From Microthyrium microscopicum (Eukaryota): DNA of 64,000 bases. The position numbers and the translations under genes were made by a program. Location of the stretch: contig MU004231.1 in assembly GCA_010405405.1 (NCBI GenBank), forward strand, positions 484,153-548,152, written 5' to 3'. The notes beneath the pieces were generated by a model. That model had not been told where the DNA came from, did no database searches, and saw only the letters and a program-made list of their open reading frames with translations. Below are positions 1 through 10,537 of this stretch, in pieces. Position 1 is the first letter of the stretch; each line of letters opens with the position of its first letter.

Positions 1-1174
1 CCTTCTCTGTGCGCGAAAACCAACATTCCAGGTGTCTATTTACTGGTGGAGTTATTTCCGACACTCCCTATAACAGGCTATAAGCTGAAAAAAGAGCGTC
101 CCATACGAGAATATGTCAGATGGTGATCAACCAATTAAAGAAGCAGAGGGTGTCACTAAGGCTTATGGCAAGTGCCGTAGCTTGGGTCCAGAACACCACT
201 TTGCGAAAAAAACACCTGGGGAACATGGTTGTTGTACGTTTAGAGCATCGCATGGGTTAAGGATTGCGCAATTTTGTCTACTTTGGCTTTGATATGTTCC
301 CAGTAATCTGGAAACAAGCGAATTTGATCCCACAGTGCTGGCACAACGTGCATGATACCTTCAGTATGGCGTGAGTTATGTAGCATTTCGTTTGCAGGAC
401 TTGCACGTTTAGAGTACTCTATTTTGAGACAATCATCAGACTATTGTTGTCTATTTGATAGCCACAAAGTGAATGGTTTACAGGTACGGTAGTAGACGAT
501 AGCAGCAATAATGAAAAGGTTCCTACTTCATATGTTTCTACACGGTTCTCCTTGAGTTGCTCGATCGTTATGTCGTAGAGAGAACGATATTCTGGAGCTG
601 TACCCGCTAATTGCCTTCATCGTGGCTTTGAATGAGACTCCGCAACTACTTCGCATACTCATTTGCCATAATCCAATTCTCAAAAATGGGCGGGTGGCAG
701 CGACGGGCAGCGGCGGAAAGCGCAGTGATCTGATGCCATTTATCGATATACATTTTTGACCAATTAAATTGAATGCAAAGCTAATGCTGAAACGCCTGTG
801 CTGGCTTACAGGTAGTGGTAGTAACTGCATTGTGCTGTCAAGATCCAGAGTACAGGGTCTCTCTTAGCTCGTTTATTAACGGCTGGTTCCTCATCTCAGC
901 CCATTATCACGTCAAAGTAGTGACTACTGACTCCACCTCAGATACAATTAACTATCTGCTTATTGTATCACTTCTCGCGCCGTATATAGAACCAGCTGAT
1001 TACTTGTATCCTTTGGTCCCACAACATAATCCCAGTCCTACTCCAAATACTCCAGTTTCTTTGTCCGGCCTCCAACACTTCGTATATCGAGTACGTTCGT
1101 AGCCATCAAACGCGATCTGGAAATCCCAAACAATCCCAACTCCTCCCTCTCCACTCACACCATTCGGATTCGTA

Positions 1175-1454
1175 ATGTCAGTTTCCCGTTTGGTCGCCGC
1201 TGCGTCACGGCAATACAGCACCCACACATCTCACAACAGTGATCGCGTTGCTGGCGCAATAGGTTATGCAATGACAGGATATCTCGCTGGCGCATTTGTC
1301 CTACCTTTCGTACCGCCATATCTTGCATCTCGGAGAACGCAGCAGGATGGTAGCTTCCAAACACGGTAAGATATACACTGCCCTTTCAGGTTGAACGTCA
1401 ACTTAACTATCACCTAGGCCACCAATAACATACACCTACCGCCCAGTCTTTTAA
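1175..1454 (+). CDS. Small (75 aa) predicted mitochondrial single-pass membrane protein, 2 exons (1175-1365, 1418-1454)
   Basis: ATG 1175; intron 1366-1417 (GTAAGA...CTTAAC...TAG, 52 nt); stop TAA 1452-1454. Product MSVSRLVAAASRQYS...AGAIGYAMTGYLAGAFVLPFVPPY...TRPPITYTYRPVF has an Arg/Ser-rich acid-free presequence-like N-terminus and one hydrophobic segment. Confidence 0.6.
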
Positions 1455-1866
1455 ACATACTTAAAGCATACAATGGTTGCGGGACAATGAGCATGAAATT
1501 GGACGACCGGCGTTGGGTGGTACATCTGAGCATTTGCATTTTCGGGGCTTGAGAAACGAGACATTCAAGGAGCATATCTCTCACAGGCAAAATGAGAGTA
1601 CACCAGATACATCGGAAATTATTTTTGCTTTGTATTATCTGTGACAAGGTTAATTTAACTATCATACAAGAAAACTCGCCATCACAACATCCCGCGGCAA
1701 GCCACAGGACAACATAAAAACCATGGGTATCCTGCAATGACTTCAAAGCTCGCGCGCCAGTAAAAGCTATGCAGCACAAGTGAGCAAAAACGCCTGTCAA
1801 TGCCAGCTTCTTTTCTTCACGCAGTGCTCAATGCGAACGCAACCCAATTCCAACCCTTGAACACAT

Positions 1867-2686
1867 TCATATATACCCATTCATACCCATTGGACTCGCA
1901 TTCCGTCGTTTGTAGAGCCATTTGTTGTTGAGCGCCACACTCACTGTCCGCTGAGGACCGTTCGGGCTCGGCGAAGCAGGGCCACCAAAGTCAGTAGCTT
2001 CTGATGTGCCAAAACCACCCGAACTTCCCCACGAACTGCCCAGACTTGCGCGCTTCCCTACTGCTTTCCTAACCAGTGGGCTGCCGCTCGACGGGCTCCC
2101 GCGTAGACCATTGCCTGATGATGGACTGACGGATCGGCCAAAGGGAGAGCTACCACCTGTTGCCATGCGGCTGCTGCTGGCGCCGCGCGAGGTGCTGCGC
2201 GAGTAGCGTGGCGGCGTTACGTATGTGGTGCCAGGTGTTGCGGGCGCGGAGGCTGGGCCGAGGCCGAGGAGGGCGCGTTGTGAGGGTGTGAGCGGGATAT
2301 CGGACATGTCGTCTGGTCGACGCCAAAGGGGCCCGAGGGCCATGACGCCGGTGTAGGTAACGAAGAGGCGGACTAGCCAGATGGGAAGAGTAAGAGCGCT
2401 AGGAAGGACGTCGAATATGGAGGCGCTGTGGTACTATTAGATAACTGATACATGAGGATGTGAGCGAAGGAACATACAAGGGCCAAACATTTGGCAGGAC
2501 AAAGGAGGCGATGAGGATGGCGGCGGAGCTTAGGGCAGCATATGCTTTCGCTTGATCAAATGTATTCGCGAGACGACGTTGGCTGATTTCTGTAAGTCGT
2601 GGATGCTGCCATGAGCCTGGAGGAGTTGGCGCTGCAGGAGGGGCCAATGGGCGCGATGGTGTTGTTGTCGTGGTGAGAGACGCCAT
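1867..2686 (-). CDS. POM34: Nuclear pore complex membrane component (NPCC / Pom34-like), 2 exons
   Basis: N-terminal TPPGSWQHPRLTEI motif, two hydrophobic segments, DIPLTPSQRALLGL motif, Ser-rich tail ending NNKWLY. Intron 2426-2477 (GTATGT...CTAAT...CAG) joins ORFs 2399-2686 and 1867-2343. Confidence 0.8.
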
Positions 2687-3962
2687 TATGGAGCGATGTC
2701 CGGAGAGACACTGATATGATTAGTATTCGTGGATGGTGAGAACCCTGTTGGTTAGTATGAGGAAGCTGTTTGGTTAGTAAGGCATCGCGAGCGATATGGA
2801 TGGAGTTGAATCGTCGAGGGTGAAAGAGAGAAGGCACGTCTTTGTTTGTTGCTCCCACAAGCTTTGTTCCCAACAATGGCGTCTGTACGTCGCGCTTAGC
2901 GCGGCTATCAGTTGCTACTTCACGAGACTCAGGTGGAATCCACCTCCAACTACCACTCTAGTACTCTATGTCGACATCATTTAACCGTCAGAGAAATACT
3001 CGAACTCACCAGGCAGACGAAAATCCTGCTCAGTGGCGCAACAAGTCCTTTTACGCCTGTCTTCGTCACCCAACTGACGTTTGGAGTGGTGGGAGGATCG
3101 GAATCTATAACTATTCAAACCCTTGGTCGTCCTTCTCCATCATGGCCATGCCGGTCTTTTATATCAGCACGAAGATGATGGAGCTCTTGGGGAAACCTTC
3201 AGCAGAAGACCAGACTTAAGCACATTTTGAGAGGGTATGTACAAGAAGATATACTTTCTTATTTAAGTCTTTGACGATACGAGGCGTTGATCTACAAGAT
3301 GAACGTTGACTGCAGACGCATTGCAGATTTAGCTTTATTTGTGATACACTCTAGACATAGCACGTCTCTAGGCTTCTCAAGGCAAGGCACATAACTAGAA
3401 ATCAAAGAAGGGCACAAATTCTCTTTCCTGGAAGGACAAGTCGAGGCTGTCCCACAGTATCTTTGTAACATGCATGGATAAGATAAAAACTGCAATATGT
3501 CTATTAAGACTCAACGTATACTCGTTCATGGAGCAAGTTAGTGCACTGAAGATAAACGGACGGGACGGCTGAAGCCGCGGTATGATACAGGCCTGTTGCC
3601 TTACTACTGCACCCATATCTTAGTTGGCATCTGCTCTGTTGTCCGAATTGTTGTGCGAGCCGCTCTCTAGTTGTTGCATGATCAACTTCGAGCCATGGGA
3701 CGGAAGGCATGCTGTGGATTGACATAATTCGATTAGTCGTTATATTTTCATAGGGTATATCTATATCTCCATCGTTATGATACATACTGTGATGGTGAAA
3801 AATAAGATGCTTTCATGAAGTGTATTGGATAGCTGTTCCTGCCATGGAGATCCTCCTCTGGGGTATAAATTATACGAACCGATATATCGTATCTAGAGTA
3901 ATGTAAAACAAATTACGCCTGCGAATGCATAACGTTGAAGAGATCTTTGAAAAGTCGAAATG

Positions 3963-5240
3963 TTATTTCGACCTCGGAAGCATCTTACCGCGATTCCTGT
4001 TAGGACTCCATCGTTTAATACAGAACTCCCGTATTCTGTACTGGCCAAAAATCTGGCCAATATCCTCACCTTTGACAGCATCAGGAGGTGGTATCTCCAC
4101 ATAGCACAGCACCAAAGTCTTGACTGCCTTAGTTTGAACGCGATTGATGCAATGAAACCAGCTCCAGTCACGAGAGCCTTTACGTCTCTGCATACTTGTT
4201 GGTTTACGGCCTGGCTCCTTCCAATAAGGATCATTGTAGCTTGGTATGATCATGACTGCAAAGGCGGCGTGTGAAAATACGAGACCACGCTCGTAGAGGA
4301 GATAGTCGACAGAGAATTTGATGCCATCGCGTACTACCCAGCCTAGAGAACGGAAGTGGTGGTATACAGCGTAGTAGACTAGAAATGGATCATCGGGTGA
4401 GAGGTCTGCGAGGGAAACTGGTGGGAAGTAGGAGTGCTGTCGGAAAAGTGTCAACAGATCTAGGGAGGAAGCCGTGGGCATGTTACTGAGTCTGAGAGAC
4501 CCAAGACCATAGTGTAGGAAGTAGGCTTCGTAAAGGCTGAGCTGGAGATGCTCTTGATTCACAATTTCCGCTGTTATAGCTTCGTCTTGTACATCCTTGT
4601 CCAGTAGAGGATCCATTGAAGACTGGCTTAAGGGTTCGGCGGCCCCATTCGAAATTTCCGAAGCAGTATTACTGACTTCTTCATTTTCGGCTGGAGTGAG
4701 CGGTGGCGATAGCAAGCCGGTACCAGCTTCTTTCCTCTGTTGTTCTTCAATGGCCTCTCTTTCGGCTCTTGCTCTATCCATCTTCATCCTATCACGCTCT
4801 TTTCTACGTTGATCTCTCATCAACTCAATGGTCTCCCTGTCCGTTATTCCTAGTCTTGTTTTTTCCTGGTCCAGCCAATTTGGCTCACTTCGACTGAGTA
4901 TGCCTTTGCCAAAGAAGCCCATCTCCCATAGTGCCCGAATAGTCTTAGGCTCCGTGACATGAACGGAGCGAGATGCTTGGTCAAAATATCCCTCGTAGAT
5001 GATATCGTGTGAGCTCGGAGGCGACACTGTCTGCCACAGCACGGTGAAAGCTATGCGCAGCCATGAGATGGGATTATGTGGGACGAAGGCAGGTAGCGGA
5101 AATGTGTTCAGCGGGAGAGGATTGCGATGGATGTAATTGTAATTCGGGCGCCGAGGACGTCTTATATCTGGAGAGTGTTGTTGTTCCTGGGCACGTTTGG
5201 CGGCTCTGAGTGAGGCTGAGGGAGGAGTGGGAGTGGTCAT
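3963..5240 (-). CDS. SEN2: tRNA-splicing endonuclease catalytic subunit Sen2
   Basis: 425-aa ORF with LWEMGFFGKGILSRSEP, EHLQLSLYEAYFL and YHHFRSLGWVVRDGIKFSVDYLLYERG..FSHA motifs typical of Sen2. Confidence 0.93.
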   Translation of the reverse strand: MTTPTPPSASLRAAKRAQEQQHSPDIRRPRRPNYNYIHRNPLPLNTFPLPAFVPHNPISWLRIAFTVLWQTVSPPSSHDIIYEGYFDQASRSVHVTEPKTIRALWEMGFFGKGILSRSEPNWLDQEKTRLGITDRETIELMRDQRRKERDRMKMDRARAEREAIEEQQRKEAGTGLLSPPLTPAENEEVSNTASEISNGAAEPLSQSSMDPLLDKDVQDEAITAEIVNQEHLQLSLYEAYFLHYGLGSLRLSNMPTASSLDLLTLFRQHSYFPPVSLADLSPDDPFLVYYAVYHHFRSLGWVVRDGIKFSVDYLLYERGLVFSHAAFAVMIIPSYNDPYWKEPGRKPTSMQRRKGSRDWSWFHCINRVQTKAVKTLVLCYVEIPPPDAVKGEDIGQIFGQYRIREFCIKRWSPNRNRGKMLPRSK

Positions 5241-6346
5241 ATTGGCTGTAGACGCGCCGAATACCCCATATCAGATGAACGATAGGATGCGATCATTTAG
5301 AGAACTGTCAAGTTCTCTTGGCATCTCGACCTTTAGTTCATTACGTCGCTTTGGGTTTCAATCTGCGTAAGCACATCGAGTTGGAGATGTCGATTTTTGC
5401 GATGGAGTCACAGTGGTTGTGTTGAAATTCTGGAGCTTGAGCTGGAGCTCGGTCGTAAAAATCTCCCCGAAGATCTAGAACGGGGCTAGGGTTTCCGCTC
5501 TTTCTTTGTTCGGCTAGTCCCGTCACCCATGTCTTCACGAGGCCGAGAAGAGACAGGGATTATGCTAACTAATAACTACCCGTTGGCCAGTTCAACATTA
5601 ATTCAACCTCTCTTACATCAAATGTATCGTCGCATGCAACCTTGGAATGTACATATCGATTTTGTATTATAGAAATCAGTTCTCTACCCCGATTAGGACG
5701 ATCCCCATCTTCTTGGCGCCCGGAGACGGAATAGACTTTGATGGCAGCGACTTGACGAGTCGTCAGCGCTTACACGCAGCACTACCCCCAACGTTCCCTG
5801 GCTTCATCACCCAATCACAGCGGCTATCAGCCTCTTTGCGCTCTCCGCTCCCTGTCAAAGGTCGTGGTTCCATGCTGCAGCTCTTTTGATTGGTTCACAC
5901 AGACTGCTCAGCACGGCAGGTGGCGTTGTGCTTCTGCATTTCATCCTCGTCTCTTTTGGTTGTTGCTTCGGTTGGTTTTGGCTGCTGGGCCAATTCCTGG
6001 GTCTTAACTTCGTAAGAAAGATGTGCCACCGCGTCCATCCGGAAATCTCAAAGGCCTGAAGTCTGCTGTCTCTTAAACTCCCCCATTGTATTACACTCTC
6101 GGCGCCAACCTTTCCTCCAGCACTACCTCTACTTCGTTTTTGAATACTTATCGTCTTTAAGCTACTCCTTTCCTGCCATTGCTGGACACTCGGTCAGGTC
6201 TACTCTCAACAACTTTGCCAACATCCTCGCGCAACCCGAATACCCCGATTTCAAGGCCTGCTGATCTTACATCTGGGATAAAACTACCTCCTGGCTTGCT
6301 GTCCTCTTTTCGACCTGTTACATCTATCTCTTTATACTACTCCAAT

Positions 6347-7202
6347 ATGTGGACGACGACACTATTTGCTGCCACGGCGGCGCTCATTGCTCAAACCTCC
6401 GCGCATCTCGTTATAACATACCCAGGCTGGAGAGGAGACAACTTGATAAACAACGGAACTCTGCCTGATGGTTCAATACCCCCAGATGGCCTAGGAACAT
6501 CATGGCAAAATGGTTCATATGCTTTTCCCTATGGAATGCAATGGATGTATCCATGTGCGTACATTCTCTCAAGAAATATTCCATCACATCACTAATTTCT
6601 TCTAGGTGGTGGCATGCCAACATCTACCAATCGAACCAAATGGCCCGTCACCGGTGGAGCTGTCAGCTTTCAACCAGGCTGGTTCTCTGGCCATTCGCAA
6701 GCTCTCATCTACATCAACTTGGGAATCGGAACAGTCCCTCTCAACATGTCGCTGGTCATGAACCCAGTATTCCAAATCACTGGACCAAACAACAACGCAT
6801 ACCCAGGAACCTTCTGCCTACCACAAGTTCCATTACCAGCAAATCTTACCGTCAAAGTGGGCGACAACGCGACCATCCAAGTCATTGAGACTGCCCAGCA
6901 CGGAGCTGCTCTTTATAGCGTAAGCAAATACCCATGACTTTTTTTATATAGCACGAACGATGAGCTAACTATCCTTCTAGTGCGTCGATATAACATTCGC
7001 CGAACCAAAAGACGTCCCTCCAGTCACCAGCGAAAACTGCTTCAACTCAACAACCCAACAAGGCAACGGCGGCCCAATCGGTCAAAACTTTGTCTACACT
7101 GCACCCGGCAGCTCGACATCGTGGGCTTCATCGACAAGTGCCATCAGCTGGACGACATTCCTCACATTGATGTTCGCATCACTGTTTGCGATATCTTTGT
7201 AG
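6347..7202 (+). CDS. Secreted GPI-anchored BIM1-like / X325 LPMO-like copper-binding protein, 3 exons (6347-6554, 6606-6919, 6981-7202)
   Basis: Signal peptide ending AQTSA followed directly by His (HLVITYPGWRG); PCGG, YINLG, GTFCLPQV, GDNATIQVIE and LYSCVDITF motifs; Ser/Thr-rich then hydrophobic C-terminus. Introns 6555-6605 and 6920-6980 have canonical signals. Confidence 0.85.
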
Positions 7203-7795
7203 AGATTTCCACTGCAAAGATTTGCCATTTTTCGTTCATTGCATTGTCAAGATATCCCAGCGGCTGACGGTCTGTCATACCACATTTCGCATCATATAAT
7301 ATTTACAACTTATGTACTGGGCTTGATGATTTTTTCTTCTCATCATTCTGGTTGGCGCTGTGGCATTTTTTGGGTCCGGTTGAGATGAAGGTTTCCTCAA
7401 TCAAATTTCTTTGTACATAACAAAATGATCTGCGTCTTCTTACGGAGCGACATTTACAAATCAAAAAAATTCAAACAAGTTAAATGTGCTAAGTCTGTTG
7501 CTATGTGAAATTGTATGCTGAGCTCGTTCGCGTCTGCTCCTGCCCCGCTCTCGAAAGCAAAAGACTTAATAACCTTTCTAGCTCGTCGAGGCTTACATGT
7601 TGGACAATACTTGTCGGAATAGTGTTGCGTATCCATTCAATTCATACATCAACTTGTAGATGAATAAATGGTCAAAGGTTTTTTTGCCTCCTGCAGCACA
7701 AAACACTTTATGGAAAAGGAAGTACCAAGTAGTAGATAACAGTACTACTAGTACTATAAACTCTCTGATACTACTGCTCTACACTGCTGGCCATC

Positions 7796-8723
7796 ATGGC
7801 CAATACCTCCAACTCTTCCAACTCCACACAAGATCCATGGACAATCGTCTCTCGTCATAAGAAACACACGAAGCAACAACCAACCCGCAAAGCCAAGGCC
7901 CAAAAACCGCGTCCATCATCAAGCTCACCATCCTCCCTCGACGAAGCAGATATAATCACAATCCTCGACCGCCTCCGCCGAAACACCACCACCTGGCTCA
8001 CCTCCCCCCAACACACACGCCTCTCCGCCATCCTATCATGCACAGCACCGCCCAGTCGCGCCATCATCGCCGGCCTTGGGAACCTGGACCCATCCGCACC
8101 AAGAGACCATCACCGAGCACTCTGGCAACTCGCGCTCTTTCTTGGCCTTGTAAGGATCTTTCATCCGGACTGGGACCCCCTCACAAATCTGTCCACGCAA
8201 CTGACAAGCCAGCCACCCATATCGTTGACAGCACAAGATCCTGTCTTTACGCCCTTTGACGTCGAAACTCTCTCCCGTGTTGGTATAACAGTCGACGCAA
8301 ACGCTATAGAGCACGCGAATGCAAATACGGTGTTATTTGCGCCGTTCGTGGATGCGGTCGTGCTGATGCCACAGATCCTCAAGGGGCGGGATATGTCTGT
8401 ATATATTGGAACGGATGTGCATGAGGTTATGGAAAGGATGGAGATGAGCGGGTATGCGGCGCAGTAAGTACTCCAAGCCATTAATCGGAGGTTCCAAGTA
8501 GATAAGGTGTGACTGTTGGCTAACCTATGGTGTGTATAGAACGGGCATTGAGGAGACGCTTGTGGAGGAATGCGCGGACGTGGCGAGGGGTTTCTTGAGG
8601 GGACGGAGGAAGGTTGATGTGGATTTTGATGGGTTTGGACAGGTGGGGTTCCATGGTTTGAGGATGTTTGTTAAGGGTGAAGAGGAGGGGACGGCGGGAG
8701 AGCAGGAGAAGGAAGCGGATTGA
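7796..8723 (+). CDS. SRR1-domain protein (Ber1/SRR1-like), 2 exons
   Basis: WTIVSRHKK N-terminus; AIIAGLGNL, ALWQLALF and AQDPVFTPFDVETLSRVGITV motifs. Intron 8464-8539 (GTAAGT...GCTAAC...TAG) joins to the 8532-8723 frame. Confidence 0.75.
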
Positions 8724-9060
8724 TGAGGTTGTGCTGAATTATAGACAGCGAATGCATTTGGCTGTCTATGAACTCTTCATCCACGCGCTTCTTTTCTTGG
8801 CGAGCAAAAGCCTGGTTGCAATTCGAAGATCGATGTTATCATCCAGCCGTTCAAAATGTCGCATTGAGAGCACACTCCTGACGCTGTGATCAAGTCAGTG
8901 ACGACTTGGTGTCGAGAGATGTCAGGAAGCCTACCATGGTGAAACCTCTGCCCAAGCAGTCCTTGTATTAAGTCGCAGCTCAACATAGGAGAGCCAACTT
9001 TTGAAAGCATCCATTAAAACCCTGCTGATCATCCATGTCATCTTATCATAATTCATCCAT

Positions 9061-9667
9061 CTACAAGAACTTCCGTCCCGCAGCGCCCACCCTGGCGCGA
9101 AACACTGGACTATTGACTTCTGCGTCTACTCGGTAGAATGGGTTCATAATCGTCTTGACCCAAGCATCATAGACCTCTAAAAAGAAGTTCTTGATCGCCT
9201 CCTCCGTCGCAGGCGCAGTCGGATTGAAGGACGAAAAGGCAGCGTTTGTGCGCGAAGATGAGGCAGGCGGACGTAGCCCCGTAGCTATGGGTGGAAGATC
9301 AGGTGTGGAGAGAAGGAGGAATTTGATATTGCCGCCAGTGAGGAATGCGGAGATGTGGCTGTTTTGGAAACGATCGATTGTTTTCAGATACCTGGTGCTT
9401 CAGTTAGTCTCTGAGTGTCGTGAGCTGTTAGGCATAACTGGAATAGCTTTTGGAGACCGCTAGAATCCAGAGCGTCACTTACATTGAGCCACTTCCCCAT
9501 TGCAGTTCTTCCAATATATCTAGACTACTATGCACAATGAATGGGTTCATATGCCTAGCTTCGTCCCTGAACCGCGCAACTCCATCACCGCCCTGCTTCG
9601 AAGTGCCAAACTCATGGACGAATAGAGGATTATCTTTCGTTCCTATTATCGCAAAGTAAAAGGACAT
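9061..9667 (-). CDS. TRS20: TRAPP complex subunit Trs20 (sedlin/TRAPPC2), 2 exons
   Basis: MSFYFAIIGTKDNPLF...NPFIVHSSLDILEE, intron 9392-9482 (GTAAGT...CTAAC...CAG), then MYLKTIDRF...AFLTGGNIKFLLL...KNFFLEVYDAWVKTIMNPFY...GRKFL stop. Confidence 0.93.
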
Positions 9668-9855
9668 TGTGTCGCCCAATTACGCACAAGCTCACTGAAG
9701 AAGATATATGAAGATGCGGCGTTTGGGTCCAGCTCCGAGTTGGCAGAGAGTAGTCTGATATTGCCAAGACATGGCGATGGCACGGGCCATGCGTCTTTCA
9801 ACTTCCATTCCATTTTCTTGGATGGAAGGTCAGTTCGAACAACTCACAGCACATC
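9668..9855. promoter_or_regulatory. Compact bidirectional promoter region between divergent TRS20 and MRPL31
   Basis: Only 188 bp separate the two head-to-head start codons (9667 minus, 9856 plus). Confidence 0.55.
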
Positions 9856-10294
9856 ATGTTCGGCCTCTTCAAACCTACATCGCCGCTACTCGGTGGTCTT
9901 CTATGGTACGTGATATACTCCGTCATAAGCCATTGGCTCATCTCTAACGTCTATACAGGAAGAATCCATGGCGCATATCCAGCAATCGCAAACTCCGGCA
10001 ACGAGCTCGACTACGGCGCGTAGACAAGATTGTAGCCATTGTCGATAGAGCGCTAGCACGAGTAGGACATGATATGAAATCACTGGATCGGTGGAAGGCT
10101 GAGATGCCAACTGAGGCGGAGATGTTGCCGCGCGACAAATACACCATGTTTGACAAGAAAGAGAAGACATACCGAAAAGGAGTACACAGTCAGTTTTATC
10201 TCAACGATCCGTGTGATGAAGTCATGCTAATGATGGTTTAGAGCTACCGAAGTGGACAAGAGTCAGTCAGCGATTAAATCCTCCCGGTTTCTAG
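9856..10294 (+). CDS. MRPL31: Mitochondrial ribosomal protein L31 (mL60), 3 exons (9856-9905, 9959-10188, 10242-10294); absent from the ORF track
   Basis: Spliced product MFGLFKPTSPLLGGLLWKNPWRIS...RLRRVDKIV...MPTEAEMLPRDKYTMFDKKEKTYRKGVHKLPKWTRVSQRLNPPGF. Introns 9906-9958 and 10189-10241 are canonical. Confidence 0.95.
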
Positions 10295-10537
10295 ATCACG
10301 TCGCTATATGTAATGATACCCTCGGAAAGGCTCGAATTGTACAAATAAATATCTTCATTCAGAAACGCATTGCTACATATACATAAAACATGGGTATTCG
10401 TTTCAAACATCTCAAACGCCTTGCCCGTGTGCATGATGAGACATGCCAAAAATACAATAAGTGTGCTTTGCATGGTGGTCCCCGTCATCTACTGGACCAT
10501 TCTCCAATGACCTGGAACTGTTCTGGGAGGGTGACAA

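Noticed and set aside
1000..1364. Cys-rich minus-strand ORFs (1000-1227, 1155-1364)
   Set aside because: They overlap the better-supported plus-strand spliced microprotein and show no recognisable domain.
2900..3800. Cluster of 60-90 aa ORFs between POM34 and SEN2
   Set aside because: No consistent exon chain or motif could be assembled; a decayed gene is possible but not supportable.
4270..4295. Sen2 RGLVFSHA in place of the usual RGP.FSHA
   Set aside because: A single substitution with catalytic Tyr/His retained; no basis for inferring a functional change.
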